Shown here: piece after piece, positions 46,400-59,777 of the stretch | Layout: every line of letters begins with the position of its first letter | Numbering within the stretch: position 1 is the first letter of the stretch | Source of the DNA: Podarcis muralis | Taxonomy: Eukaryota | Direction: 5' to 3' | Length of the DNA stretch: 64,000 nt | NCBI RefSeq assembly: GCF_964188315.1 | Contig: NC_135670.1 | Span: 6,634,001 to 6,698,000 of the forward strand | Notes under the pieces: generated by a model | Told to the model about the DNA's origin: nothing | Database searches by the model: none | Seen by the model: only the letters and a program-made list of their open reading frames with translations | Translations under genes and position numbers: made by a program

Positions 46400-46810
46400 C
46401 CTATGCGGTCAGTGGAAAATTTATTTGCATTCCTTTTTATATATCTATAAAAATTTAAATTCATTTTCACTTTTAACAATTATCATCACAATCATTTTAC
46501 AAATAGAATACTCATAATTCCCTCTACCCCTCCATGGGTTCCCTAGATCAAATTGCATCATATCATATTCTCCATATTTTCTTAAAACTCAGTTTTTATC
46601 ATAGTTCTCGTTTCATTGCAAGAGTTGTTGTTTTTAAATCCTGCCAATGTTTTTAATTGTTTACAGTGTTCTTTCAAGTGACTTATAAAATTTTCCCATT
46701 CTTTATTAAATTTATTGTCCTCTTAATCTCTGATTTTCCCAGTCTCTTTTGCCATTTTGGCATAGTCCATCATTTTTAGCAACCATTCTTCTTTTGTAGG
46801 TAGTTTGTCC
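46400..46810 (-). mobile_element. L1-like 3' end
   Basis: Resembles the 3' ORF2/UTR of 18594-19890-type elements (AKNDGL...KRDWEN). Confidence 0.45.
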
Positions 46811-47859
46811 TCCTTCCATCTTTGGGCAAGTAGGATCCGAAATTTTTATTTGCATTCCGTAGCTCAGGACTGCAATACCCCAAGGACCGCCTCTCCCCAT
46901 ATAAACTGACTCAGGAAACTGTGGCCCTCCCAATGATGATGGATTCCAACTCCCAACATCCCTAAGGGTGGACCACACTGGCTGATGAGGAGTTGGGAGT
47001 CAAATAAATTCTCTCCCATCCCCAATGAAGGGAATGGGGACATTTGCAACCTCCCTGAGAAGCATGGCTGGGTTTGTACAGCTCATCTTTTAATGTCTCA
47101 TCAAATTCTCTTGAAGAGGAACCTCCAGATTTTGAGTCAAATATTCCAACTGGGCAATTTTTAAGGACGGCTCTATATTAGAACCTTTTCCCTTGCTTCT
47201 GGCATTGCTGACCTACAAAAGCTGAGCTGACGAAGCATTGGGGAGGTACTGAAGTCAGAGTTTCTCCCAACATCCCTCAAGGATTTCAAGGCTCTTGGCT
47301 AGGGAGCTCCACACATGCTAATTCAGAACAGATCGAGACATTTCTTTGCCTAATTGCTTCGTGGCTTTACCACATTCTCTGTGATCACAGCTTCCTAAGG
47401 CATCAAGTGGCCAATGCACCTTCTTCTCTGTTAGCATTCTGCTGACCTAATGGCTGTTACCATTAGTTGGAAGAAAACACCTCTGACCCTGTTTTTTAAT
47501 TGCAACCACCTCCCCAACAAATCCATTGATTTTTCTGCACACTGAATCATTCCTGAAACTCAACCTCAGTCCACCTGTTGGAAGGCAAGAGTGAAGGCAT
47601 AGGAGGTACTGAGATCAACTGGGTGGTTTTCACTGATGTCCATGCTAAGCTGAAAACTCTCTCCTTCAGAGGGAATGTAAACTTGGGGGTTGGACTAGAT
47701 GACCCTTGGGTCCCTTCTGACTCTAAGAGTCTATGATTCATCAAAAGCAGGCAACCTCCCATCCATCTGATCTAGGGAACCATTCACTGACTCAGCCTTA
47801 TTGGTTGAGTTTATTGGTTCTCATCCAGTCTCTTACTGAGGAAAGACAATGGTTTAGCA

Positions 47860-47996
47860 CAGGTTTCCTCAACCTCGGCCCTCCAGAAGTTTTTTGGCCT
47901 ACAACTCCCATGGTCCCTAGCTAGCAGGACCAGTGGTCAGGGATGATGGGAACTGTAGCCTCAAAACATCTGGAGGGCCAAGGTTGAGGAAGCCTG
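47860..47996. mobile_element. hAT MITE
   Basis: caggtttcctcaacct / aggttgaggaagcctg TIRs, near-perfect 8-bp TSD; related copies near 48262, 56195, 58130 and 62870. Confidence 0.75.
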
Positions 47997-48479
47997 GTCT
48001 AGCACATCCACTGCCTCACCTGCAGATGTCAAGAAGAAGCAGAGCTGTGTGTCACTAGCATATTGGCGAAAACATACTCCAAAACTGTATACAACTCAAC
48101 TCAGCAGTTTCATGTAGATGTTAAACAGCATAAGCAATAAGATTGAACCCCGAGGAACCCCATATTGAAGGCTCCATGGGGCTGAACAGCACTCATCAAG
48201 CATAATCCTCTGGAAAAGACCATGCCATGCCATCCACCCCTAACTCATACTATTGCTCAGGCATAGGCCAACTCGGCCCTCCAGAAGTTTTGGGACTACA
48301 ACTCCTATGATCCCTAGCTAACAGAACCAGTGGTCAGGGATGATGGGAACTGTAGTCCCAAAACATCTGGAGGGCCAAGTTTGACGTAGAAAATCAGTTT
48401 CCTCCAAGAATGCCTGGATCCGTTCCATGACCACCCACTCAGGAGCCTTGCTCTGGAGAGGATTGGCAAGTGGTCAGTA

Positions 48480-48690
48480 ATTACTTAGATTTTCTGAATC
48501 CACAAAGGGTTTCTTGTGTGGTATCACCACTGTCCCCTTCAAGCAGGCAGGGACACACACCCCTCTTGCAATGAGGCATTAATTGTCTCCCTGGCCCAGC
48601 AGCTGTCCCCTCCCTCCTAATTTTTATCAGCCAAGAGGGGCAAGGGTCCAGAGTGCAAGTGGTTTTGCCCTGACTGATCAAAGCACCTTG
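48480..48690 (-). mobile_element. Degenerate L2 RT fragment
   Basis: TTCTLDPCPSWLIK peptide. Confidence 0.6.
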
Positions 48691-49300
48691 TCCACATCCT
48701 CAAGCCTTACTAACTGAAACTCACCTAGTGTTACAAAACTAGACAGAGCTCTGGACACCTCTTGAGGTTCAACTGATGTAAACAGTGGAGTCAAGGTATG
48801 GAAGCAATTCTATCCTCGAAATGCTTTGCAAACAAGCTGCCATTTTTTCCCCTTCGCCTCCTTCAGGCCAGAATGTAAAAGGCTCAACACTACCTGGAAA
48901 AGCTCTGTTGGACGACACAAGGAGGATGCGATGGAGGCAGCAAAGTATACCGTTTTCACCAGGTAGGCTTGATGATGAGCTGTCATCAGTCTTCAACTGC
49001 ATTCCACTGGTGTTTTCCTCCACTCATGCTCACATGGACATAATCTGAGCATGACTTAGTTCAGAGGTGGGAAAATTTTGATCATCCTAGTATTACTGAG
49101 CTCCACTCTCATCACCCTCACAAAGCTCCTGTGCAACCAACTGGCTGGGGAGTATCCCCCATGGTTTAGTTGGTTTGGAAATAGGTCGGAGATGGGATGG
49201 GTCTCTGTCAACTCTTACAACTGTCACTCCAACTGGAGCTCCACCAACTCACATCAGCACCAGCAAACATGGCCAAGGGACATGGATGATGGGAATTGTA

Positions 49301-49660
49301 AAAGGTAAAGGGACCCCTGACAGTTAAGTCCAGTCACGAACAAATCTGGGCTCATCTCGCCTTACAGGCTGAGGGAGCCGGAATCTGTCCGCTCCGCAGA
49401 CAGTTTTTCCGGGTCATGTGGCCAGCATGACTAAGCCGCTTCTGGTGCAATGGAAACCAGAGCAGCACACGGAAACACCGATTACCTTCCCGCCAGACTG
49501 GTACCTATTAATCTACTTGCACTTTTTGGTGTGCTTTTGAACTGCTGGGTTGGCAGGAGCTGGGACCGAGCAACGGGAGCTCATCCTATCATGGGGACTC
49601 GAACCACCGACCTTTTGATCGGCAAGCCCAAGGTTTAGACCACAGCGCCGCCCGAGTCCC
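49301..49660 (-). mobile_element. Sauria SINE inserted in a hAT MITE remnant
   Basis: Head and tail present; flanks gatgggaattgta / gatgggagttgta. Confidence 0.8.
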
Positions 49661-50485
49661 TGATGGGAGTTGTAATTCAGTAATATTTGGAGGGTCACAG
49701 GTCCCCCACACCTGATTTAGTTTCAAACAAGGTGGAGTGGAAGAAACTGTTCAGTTTTGGTTCTCATTTCTCTCTCTCTCTTAAATTCAAATCTTCACAT
49801 TTGAACAGAAATTCACCAACATTTTAGTGCAACTTTTGCCTACATTTTGTATGCTAATTTCACTATCAATTTTATGCAGATTTCCCTCTAATATACACAT
49901 TTTTGTACAGATTGGTTGGAGGAATACATATTCAAATATGAAGAAGTGAACGTTTTGAAGTTTGGGTGTGTTTCAGATCACCTTTTTTGAGACATGCTAA
50001 ATGATTTCTCATTAAAATGCAGACATAATCAAATTTACTTCCAATCCATAGATGTAACCTTCCGTAGATGCATGCACATTTCTTTGCAAAGCAATTTAAA
50101 ACATAATGGTGCAGTTATTTGAGTTGGCTTCATCATTTTTTAATGAGGACTATTAAGCTACTGCTACCTGCACGTAGCTTGTGTTGCAAATAAATTACAA
50201 TCATTGCAAGCATTAAATGATGGAAAGATTATAATGAATGCTTTTTGAAGTGCTTTGATGATCTGGGTGTAAATTGGAGAACACCATGCTGAGGTCAATG
50301 CTAGAGGGAAGATTAAAAATGTTAAGAGTCTTCATACTGCATTGTGACAAAAGCAAGTTAATCCTTAAGTTCCTTCTGCTTAGTCAGGCAAATTTCTGCA
50401 CATGAAAATAAATTTGTCTCCGGCAAAGGAGAAATTTAACGAGAAAAGGGTTGTGTCCAAGCCAGTAGGGAGGCTGGAAGAAGAG

Positions 50486-50570
50486 TATAAAAGCTTAGAC
50501 TTCTCTCCAAAATTCCATCAGCTTCATTTGACTCTCCCGTCTTCACAACAGCATCTTCCCAAAGAAGCAG
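50486..50570 (+). promoter_or_regulatory. TATA box and non-coding exon 1 of CBP gene C
   Basis: tataaaa 50486-50492; exon ends aaagaagcag|gtgagt (GT 50571-50572); acceptor ttctag at 51410-51411. Confidence 0.7.
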
Positions 50571-51432
50571 GTGAGTATGTTTTCTTGAAGGTGTTTTCAT
50601 TCTTATAGAAAGTTTAGGTTTTCTTGGAAGTATTTTCATTCTTATAGAAAGTTTAGGTAAATCTAGGCTTAGTTGGAACTTCCACTAGACTCTACAATTC
50701 TTCAGTACTGGGATAGCTAACCTTTGACCATCCAAATGATTCTGGATCACCACTTCCATCACTTTGGACCATGCTGATCTGGTCTGGTGGAAGTTCTAGT
50801 CCCGCAACATCTGGAGGGCCACAGATTCTAAATGGGGTCATGTAGAATGGCTCCCCTCACCTGTAACCCACCAGATGATGCTAGACTACAGCTCCCATCA
50901 TTATTGATCATTGTTGGTCATGCTGGCTACTTCCAATGGGAGCTGGAGTCCGGCAACATCTAGAGTCCCACAAGTTAGCTTTGAAACACTGCTTTGAAAC
51001 ACTAGCTTCTTAGCTAGATGGTTCAGATTCTCCCTGAATGCTGGTTGTTGTAGACATCCCAGAAATTCTGGGCTGACCAGTGTTGAAAATGAAATGCTGG
51101 ACAAATTGAGATGTGGGGTCTGATCTGGCATGCCATTTAGATTCTTTGTTCCACCCTCTTTTCCTACTCCCAACCACAAGTGGCCTCCAAAAAGTTGCCT
51201 GAAAAGGGATGCAGCCCTCCGGTGGAAGAGGGTATCCCACCTCAGAAATAAACTCTAAAGAAGTAGGGGAGCTATTATGATACATTAAAAACACAGGCTC
51301 TCTCATTTGCAGAATAAGGGTACAGAGATTGTGCAGTGAGTGGGAGAAGATGCAAATTGCATATACCCTTTGTGATTCTGAGTCATATCTGTTTCTCAAA
51401 ATTTGTTCTAGATTCATCCCATCTCTGAAACC

Positions 51433-51963
51433 ATGGTTTCCTGTGGCCCATCCTGTGCTGTCCCATCCATTGCTTCCTGCCCCACTGTTGGGTTTGGATC
51501 AGCAGGAAGTCTTGGCTCCGGAGGTCTTGGCTATGGTGGTTTTGGCTATGGAGGCCTTGGCTCTGCCGGTTTTGGCTATGGCGGTCTTGGCCATGGTGGC
51601 TTTGGCTATGGCAGTGGTTATGGCATTGGTTCAGGAGCAAGCACCAACTCAGCACAGCTTGGCACCTTGGATGGGATTATCCCACAACCCATCAACCAGA
51701 TCCCACCAGCAGAGGTCGTGATCCAGCCACCTGCCTGCGTTGTGACCATCCCAGGGCCCATCCTCTCTGCCAGCTGTGAGCCTGTGGCTGTCGGAGGCAA
51801 CACTCCATGTGCCGTTGGTGGGCTGGCAGGAGGCTTTGGTGGCTATGGGGGTGGCCTTCTTGGAAGCTATGGGGGTTATGGCTTGGGCTCTGGCAGCTTC
51901 AGAAGGGGTGGAATCATTGGAAGGAAGTCTCTTGTGGGACGTTGTGGGAGCGTTTGCTTGTAG
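51433..51963 (+). CDS. Gly-rich corneous beta-protein C, 176 aa
   Basis: Core INQIPPAEVVIQPPACVVTIPGPILSASCEPV; tail RKSLVGRCGSVCL. Confidence 0.95.
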   Translation: MVSCGPSCAVPSIASCPTVGFGSAGSLGSGGLGYGGFGYGGLGSAGFGYGGLGHGGFGYGSGYGIGSGASTNSAQLGTLDGIIPQPINQIPPAEVVIQPPACVVTIPGPILSASCEPVAVGGNTPCAVGGLAGGFGGYGGGLLGSYGGYGLGSGSFRRGGIIGRKSLVGRCGSVCL

Positions 51964-52189
51964 ACTGATCCAACCTGAGAAGAATATCCTTATGAAACAA
52001 CCATTGACCAGAGAACTCGATACAGATCCATAGGCCTTGGTTCGGAAGAGCTGACTCCAAAGAACCACTGCTGAAGCTGGGCACTTCATTATCTCCCCAC
52101 CTTTGCTTTGAAGTCCATGGGGCCAAGATGCTTCTGTGTTCTTTTCATGGACTCTTCTGCAACTATTAATGCCATTTCTGTGACCTTTT

Positions 52190-52195
52190 AATAAA
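52190..52195 (+). terminator. Poly(A) signal of gene C
   Basis: AATAAA in cttttaataaagc context. Confidence 0.8.
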
Positions 52196-54968
52196 GCTTT
52201 TGCAGCCTTCGGATAACACGTGTGTTTTCGTTTTTCACCATTGGCATCCATTCCACACTGCACAGTTTCTCGAAGCTCACAATGCTGAAGCACCTTTCTT
52301 GTCCAAACTTAAATGTGGGTTGGCTAGGCAGGAGTACACCTCATTATCCCTGACATTTAGCCTTGCTGGCTGGGGCAGGTGGGAAATGACTTCCAACCAC
52401 TTCTGGAGGGCAATAGGTTCTCCACTCCTGGTTCTCATTGAGGGGTATTCCCCTTGATCTACAAAGCTGAAGAAAGTGGGGTTGAGGAGCAATTTGGCTT
52501 ATTTGTTTCCCTTTCATCTAACCACCCATGATTAGGAGCACTCCACATTGCAACGTTTTTATTGTAGGTTCCACTTGTGTGGCTATTAAGGACCTCGGTA
52601 CATAGTTAAACTATGAAACTCACTCCCAGAGGAGGCAGTGATGGTCACCAATCGATATGGCTTTTTAAAAAAAGGATTAGATGATTTAATGCAGGGGATG
52701 TCTATCAGTGGCTACTAGCCATGTTGTGGCTACCAGCCAAACCACAGCTGGAATACTAGTTGGTGGAAACTGCAGGAGAGTAGAATGCTCTGAATATTGC
52801 TCAAAGGTTTCGCATGGGAACATCTGGTTGGCTGGTGCGAACAGAATGCTGGGCTAGATGGGCCATTTCTCTTATCCATCATGGCTCTTATGTTCTTAAG
52901 AAGATATGAGGCATTCTATCACTGGGCTAAAATGAGCTCTTGCATTCAGGTGTGTCACAGAGATGGCACAAAAGTTTTTCTGTATAGGCATGAACTTGGT
53001 TCTTCAGATGTTGTTGGATTCCTGAGGGGAGCCTCAGGTCCACCAAGGGTGACCAGTGGTCAGGGATTATGGGAGTTGGGTTCTAGCAACATATGGACCC
53101 CAATTAGTCATGCCCATTAATTTCAAGGGGTCTGCTCTGTGTAGGACTAGCACATTTAGTTGTTTTAACTAAATAAATAAAATGTTAATGGGATAACCCA
53201 GAAAGATCAAGAAGGCAAGGGTTGTTTTTTTTTTAATGATGCAGCAAGACCTTTATTAAGATAGAGCAAAGTAAAGACAGAGTAGTCTCAAGAGCTTAAT
53301 AACCCCCGGCCCACCCCCAAACATGTCAAAGTCATACAGCAAAGCATAAAGATTAACAACGGATATGGCGTTTTTCAATTGAGTGGAACACGGCTTAGGG
53401 TGCAAATAAAATTGACACTAGCTCTTGACTCAGATATCATGTTGTCTCTGCCCATGACCATTTCATGCTCTGACCATTGTCATTCTATAACATGTGTACT
53501 CAGAAGTAAGCCCCACTGAGCTCAAGGAGACTTACTCCCAAGGTCAGTGTGTAGAGGATTACAGTCTAAATAACAAGGGAACCAAAGCAGTATGCATGTA
53601 GGAAGACCTATTTCCATTCCTTTCTTTTCTTTTTAACCCACAAATTAAATTACCTTTCAACAAAAATCACCTTTACAAATCAGCAAGGCAGTTGGATTTG
53701 CTTGCCTTCATAATACTTATGGGTTATATCCAGCATTAGTCCTACTCAGTTGACCCACTTAATTTAATGGACGTCATTAAGTTAGGGCTATTATTTTCAA
53801 TAGGTCTACTCTGAGCAGAATTTAGTTGGATACCACTCTATGACTCCAATTATCTACTTTTGGATATGCCTAAGTCTTCCTGGCTCTTTATTGAGGTGGT
53901 AAATACTATTCCAGACTATACCAATGGATTAAATCGTGATAGAAGTTACCTCCATTTTTTTTAATATAATGCATTAAAGAGAAAGCTAACATTTCAGGAA
54001 AGAGGAATTTAGCACCTAGCTTTCTCTCTGACCTGCTTGCTTTAGATATGTAAGAATGATGTTTCATGAGTTTGAGGAAACATAGGAGGCTGCCTGATGC
54101 TGTACCAGACAAATGGTCCATCTAACTCAGGACTGCTAACACTGACTGCCTCTGACACTTTTCCAGGCCTTCTAGGAGATGCTGGAGATTGAACCTGGAA
54201 CTGATTGCATGCAAAACATGTTCTTTACAACTGAGCCATAGATTTACATCACATCAGTGCCACCTACAGTCTGAATTAGCACAGTTCAGGCATATATTTG
54301 CCACCTCTGACACAAGTAATACTAACTTATCCAGTAGATTTCAGAAATCGCATGCAATACTCAATTGAATTGATGTTAACATTAGATAATTGCCTTTGGA
54401 AGAAAGTTGCTTCCATTTGCAAGACATTGGAAATAAAAAAAATGTGTTGGATACAACTCAGATTCAAAAGAGATCCACTGAAATTAAAAGCCCCACGTTA
54501 GTCATGTCCATTAAGTTCAATGGATCTACTCTAAGGTAAGACTAATGTCGGATGCAACCCATTGCAATCTTCTCCCTGGAGATGTTCCCCCTGTTTTCAG
54601 ATCTATATCAACACTTGTGATCTGCACTGTTCTGTTTGATGTTTAAGTATTCTGATATTATGATCTCCCATGTAGAGGAGACCCTATGGAGCCTTGTTGT
54701 TCCAACAAAGCATGTCCCTTTGTGTTCCATAAACAACCTTACAATGTCAAATCTAAGGGGGCGGGGAATGCATAGCATAAGATGAAGTGGATTGGGAGCT
54801 GGTTGAGCTAAACACGCATACAGTGAGATATACTTTAAAAAAAGTTTGAAGACCCGCTTTTCCAGCTGACTTTGGTTGCAACCTTGGGATGCAAAGCATT
54901 TCTATATCGTTCCTGAATCAGTTCCGTTTTTTTCCTTCCATTCTTGGTTGGCTTCCTGGGTTGTCTCT

Positions 54969-55265
54969 TTAGCATGGTCCACAGGGGTTGCAAGGGTTGT
55001 AGGACAACCTACGTGGACGTCGGGAAAATAGACCGGAACCAGCACAGGGTGTGTTTCCACCCACGGAGACAGGATCACAGCTGGCTGAGAGAATCGGCCC
55101 TGGAATTGTCACGACCACGGGGGGTGGCTGGATCACCACTTCCGCTGGAGGGATCTGGTTGATGCAGGAAGGGTTAAGACCACCAACGACACCATATGGG
55201 GTCAGCGACCCACCACCGCATGATGGGATGATGCCGCATGATGGGACACATCCGTAGGAGCACAT
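54969..55265 (-). CDS. Small Cys/Pro-rich corneous beta-protein D, 98 aa
   Basis: Core SCINQIPPAEVVIQPPPVVVTIPGPILSASCDPV; acceptor tcttttcttag at 55287-55288. Confidence 0.92.
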   Translation of the reverse strand: MCSYGCVPSCGIIPSCGGGSLTPYGVVGGLNPSCINQIPPAEVVIQPPPVVVTIPGPILSASCDPVSVGGNTPCAGSGLFSRRPRRLSYNPCNPCGPC

Positions 55266-55512
55266 GACTGGTTGATGGACTTGACACTAAGAAAAGAAGA
55301 AGTTGTGAGTAAAAAGTTGTCTGTGTCAACTGTCTTGGGCATATAGGATGCTCTTATAGACTAAGTCAGGCTAATAGTCCATCGAGCTCAGTAATGTCTA
55401 CACTGACTAGTAACAGCTCTCCAGGTCTCAGAAAGGATTCTTTCCTGACTATACCTGGAGATGCCCAGGATTGCACCTGTGTCTTTGTCCATTGAAGGCT
55501 ACTAGTCCATGG

Positions 55513-55734
55513 CATAGCTGTCAAGCATCCCTTATTTGGCGGGACAGTCCCTTATCCCAGCGCCATGTCCCGCTGCAGTCCCTTATTGATGAGGCTTTCT
55601 GCCTTTGGCTCGGAGGGGCTCAGAAGTTGAACATACCTCTGCCCGGAAAATCCCTTACCGGTATTTTGGATGCTGATCCCTTATTTTCGAGGCTGCTGGT
55701 CCCTTATTTTCAAATCTGTATGTTGACAGCTATG
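55513..55734. mobile_element. hAT MITE in gene D intron
   Basis: 12-bp TIR catagctgtcaa / ttgacagctatg; perfect 8-bp TSD gtccatgg. Confidence 0.85.
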
Positions 55735-56194
55735 GTCCATGGGGACCACATAATTTTTGCTAAGACAATATTGAAGATGTCACCTTTTTAATTTTCTGGC
55801 TGGCCCTTACAATGCATTCTGTGCATTCTGTGTGTTCAAGGAAGTTTTTAATGTGTGACATTTTAATGTATTTTTAATCTTTGTTGGAAGCCGCCTAGAG
55901 TGGCTGAGGAGGCCCAGCCAGATGGGCAGAGTACAAATAATAAATTATTATTATAAATTATTATTATTAGATGTCTGAATGGTGAATGGGCAAATCTACT
56001 ATGAAACTAATGAAGCTTAATCTTCAGGGCCTCTAATCCCAGATGGGCCCCAGAACATTGCTTAACATTTTGGGGTCTGCTAGACCCAATTTGAGTTGAA
56101 TATATTTCAACAATCCCATCGTTTGAGAGTCAGTAGCACAGAAGTTCATAGAATCATAGAAATATAGAGTTGAGACCACAAGGATCATCTAGTT

Positions 56195-56330
56195 CAGGCA
56201 TCCCCAAACTCGGCCCTCCAGATGTTTTGGGACTACAACTCCCATCATCCCTAGCTAACAGGACCAGTGGTCAGGGATGATGGAAATTGTAGTCCCAAAA
56301 CATCTGGAGGGCTGGGTGTGGGGATGTCTG
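56195..56330. mobile_element. hAT MITE
   Basis: caggcatcccca / tggggatgtctg TIRs; 8-bp TSD atctagtt. Confidence 0.85.
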
Positions 56331-57506
56331 ATCTAGTTCAACCTCCTGCAGTCCAAGAATATGTAGCTGATCCACACAGGGATCAAACCTGCAACCTTGA
56401 CATTATCAGCATCCAATATATTGTAAATGTTTGGTGGGCTGTTGTGGAACAACCCCATTGAAGAAGCTAACAGTGGCTGCCTAGATCATCTTGCTGGTTG
56501 CAAAGGGGGCCCCATTACAGTTCAAGCTTCAGGACCCCCAAAATGTAGGCCCACCACTATGTCTATCTATTTAAAATACTTTTCACCCCCTCTTCACCGT
56601 ATCAACAATTCTAGAAATGGGTACATGAGCAATTTTAAAATGCTATGCACAGGAATAGCTTCACAATGGCTACAGGTGAGCAGTGGGTGATGTTTGCATC
56701 ACTTTCTCCTTTCTCTCCCTCTTTCTGGTACCTAATTTTTGTTTCTCCATCTCTCCCTCTGTCTAGTTACATTCTTCTGGGCACTTCTTGTATTCTTAAA
56801 ACTCCCTATAGCTGAAGAGAAGCAGCAAGTCTCTGACAGTCAACAATCCAATCCCAAACGCCTGAAACATATTCCGGATCTTATGTTTTTCTTCCTTCCA
56901 TCTGGCAGAATAAAGTTGCAAAGAGCTAAGGTAGTGGGAAAAAACAGTACTGTGTGGATTACAGGTGGGTTGTCTCGATTTATAATGCTGCGGCCCAGAA
57001 ACATAAGAGAATATCATAGGAAGAAAGGAAGAGCCCTATGTTGCTCAGAGAGCTAAAATTTCCCTGGGAAATTTTAGATGAATTGATAGTAAAGCTACCC
57101 CGAGAATTTTAGTCCTGTGTGAAGAATAGGCATCTCTCAACTCTTAGCACCCTTCACGAACAACTGTTCCCAGGAGTCTTTGGGGGAAGCCATGACTGTT
57201 TAAACATATGATACTGCTTTGAATTCATAGTGCAGATGGAGCTCTAATGTTTGTTCTTATTCCTTCCCCTCCTTTGTAATAGGAAGCTGTTTGTTCCAGT
57301 CCTCCCCCATGGAGCCCCACAGTACAAATGTGTCTACTCTTCTATGTGTCTGCTCTTCAAATACATGAAAATGGCTATTGTATCATCCCAGAATTCTTCT
57401 CCAGATGAAACATACCCAAACTCTCACAGTCTTTCAACCTAGGACTTGGTTTTCAAGACACACTCTATGAACAGTCTATTTGTGCTCCTTGGCAATTTTA
57501 TAAGTA

Positions 57507-57748
57507 CAGTGGTACCTCGGGTTAAGTACTTAATCCATTCCGGAGGTCCGCTCTTAACCTGAAACTGTTCTTAACCTGAAGCACCACTTTAGCTAATGGG
57601 GCCTCCCACTGCTGCCGCGCCGCCGGAGCCCGATTTCTGTTCTCATCCTGAAGCAAAGTTCTTAACCCAAGGTACTATTTCTGGGTTAGCGGAGTCTGTA
57701 ACCTGAAGCGTATGTAACCTGAAGCATATGTAACCCAAGGTACCACTG
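57507..57748. mobile_element. Tigger-like MITE
   Basis: cagtggtacct TIRs, TA TSD. Confidence 0.85.
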
Positions 57749-58280
57749 TACTTTCCATCTTATTTCCATACTAGTCTTCAAATTTTTTTTTAAAAAAGTT
57801 CATATGAAAATTAGTATTTAAATATGCACTCAATACATATTTACCACAAAAATACACATACATTTTATCTCAATGTATACATTTCTAAAAATGTTATTTT
57901 GGACTAGGATTTGCATTTTAAACTCATTTTTCATACTTTTTTTTTAAAAAAAAATGTATAACAAATTTTGAAGTGCCAAATTCTGAATTAGGTATATTCA
58001 CTGAAAAATGTAGGCTCCCGGTTGCCTCCAGCTAAGTTGTACCCAGAGTAAACCAACTGAAATCAATGGAACTACATACACCCAGCATCTTTCTCTCCAA
58101 ACTCTCGACATATTGTAGCAAATGTGAAGAACCTTTGGCCCCCCCAGAGGTTGCTGAACTACAACTGCCATCAGCCCCAGGAAGCATGGCTGTCAAGGAT
58201 GATGAGAATTGTAGTTCTGCAACCTCTGGAGGGCCAAAGGTTACCCACACCTGCATTACAGGTAGAGATGGGTAGATGAT

Positions 58281-58313
<33 letters not shown>

Positions 58314-58343
58314 GATAGATAGAAAGATCGATAGATCAATAGA

Positions 58344-58900
58344 NNNNNNNNNNNNNNNNNNNNNNNNNNNNNNNNNNNNNNNNNNNNNNNNNNNNNNNNN
58401 NNNNNNNNNNNNNNNNNNNNNNNNNNNNNNNNNNNNNNNNNNNNNNNNNNNNNNNNNNNNNNNNNNNNNNNNNNNNNNNNNNNNNNNNNNNNNNNNNNNN
58501 NNNNNNNNNNNNNNNNNNNNNNNNNNNNNNNNNNNNNNNNNNNNNNNNNNNNNNNNNNNNNNNNNNNNNNNNNNNNNNNNNNNNNNNNNNNNNNNNNNNN
58601 NNNNNNNNNNNNNNNNNNNNNNNNNNNNNNNNNNNNNNNNNNNNNNNNNNNNNNNNNNNNNNNNNNNNNNNNNNNNNNNNNNNNNNNNNNNNNNNNNNNN
58701 NNNNNNNNNNNNNNNNNNNNNNNNNNNNNNNNNNNNNNNNNNNNNNNNNNNNNNNNNNNNNNNNNNNNNNNNNNNNNNNNNNNNNNNNNNNNNNNNNNNN
58801 NNNNNNNNNNNNNNNNNNNNNNNNNNNNNNNNNNNNNNNNNNNNNNNNNNNNNNNNNNNNNNNNNNNNNNNNNNNNNNNNNNNNNNNNNNNNNNNNNNNN
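58344..58900. other. Assembly gap after (AGAT)n
   Basis: Run of n. Confidence 1.
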
Positions 58901-59101
58901 TTCCTCCAAGAAGCTCAAGGTGGTTGACATAGTTCTCCTCCACATTTTATCCTCACAAGAATCCTGTTAGGAAGGTTAGTCTGAGAGTGAGCTGATTGGT
59001 CCAAGGTCATTCAGTGAGCTTCATGGCATTTGATGCCTGGTCTTCTCAGGTCCTAGTCTGACTTTCCAACCACTACACCATACTGGATGCAATGCACTTA
59101 C

Positions 59102-59186
59102 CTCTAATCCACAAAGGAGAAGCAGATGAATGGGGTTGATCTTAGAGAAACTGTTGAATGAGCTGAGAACCTCGAAAGCTTTTATA
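59102..59186 (-). promoter_or_regulatory. Candidate TATA box and non-coding exon 1 of gene D
   Basis: tataaaagc (59180-59186, minus) about 80 nt before donor gag|gtaagt (GT 59100-59101), the same geometry as the other genes; linkage to D crosses a gap. Confidence 0.55.
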
Positions 59187-59777
59187 CCATTTCTTGGCCA
59201 TAAAAAAAATGAGTGGGAAGCATCCTTTCTTTCTTTCTTTTTGGCTGAGGGTTCTAATTAGCCTTCAACCAATACCTCTTGTTTTGTGTGTTTTTCACCC
59301 CTCGTTTTGTCTAAGTGCTAACTTTTTAATTTTTTAATCTTCAGGCTTTTGGAAAGAGTGATTAATCTGTCATTTGCCTCGTAGTATGTCATTTGTAATT
59401 TTTTACACCTATTGGTTTCTTCTCGCTTCCCATCCTTTGGGGGAAATTCCAAAGAACTAATTGGGGGCCAACCCAGACTGAATTCGTGGAACAGATCCTT
59501 GGAGTGGCTGAGATTCTTTTTCTTTGTTCCATCAGCAGATCAATAAGAGACAAGAGCTTGGAGCTGTTTTCACACTACAATTAGGGAGGTTGATGAAAAA
59601 CATGCAAACCCTGAAAAATAATGCTAGCCTTATCAAATGTTAGTTCCCTTTCCATTTAGGGTGCATCCTTGTGTAAAATCATCAGATGATTTTTGAGTTC
59701 CAGTCTTTGTTTCAGAATGGAATTGATTTAACTTAAATCCTCAGATATATATAGATATATATATGTTAAATCAATAT

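Noticed and set aside
51379-51385. AP-1-like TGAGTCA near the gene C acceptor (also TGACTCA at 21425)
   Set aside because: A 7-mer is expected several times by chance in 64 kb and it is not conserved across paralogues.
58032-58945. Long ORFs (up to 303 aa), also 1346-1917, 15196-15639 and 59919-60548
   Set aside because: Artefacts of translating through N gaps.
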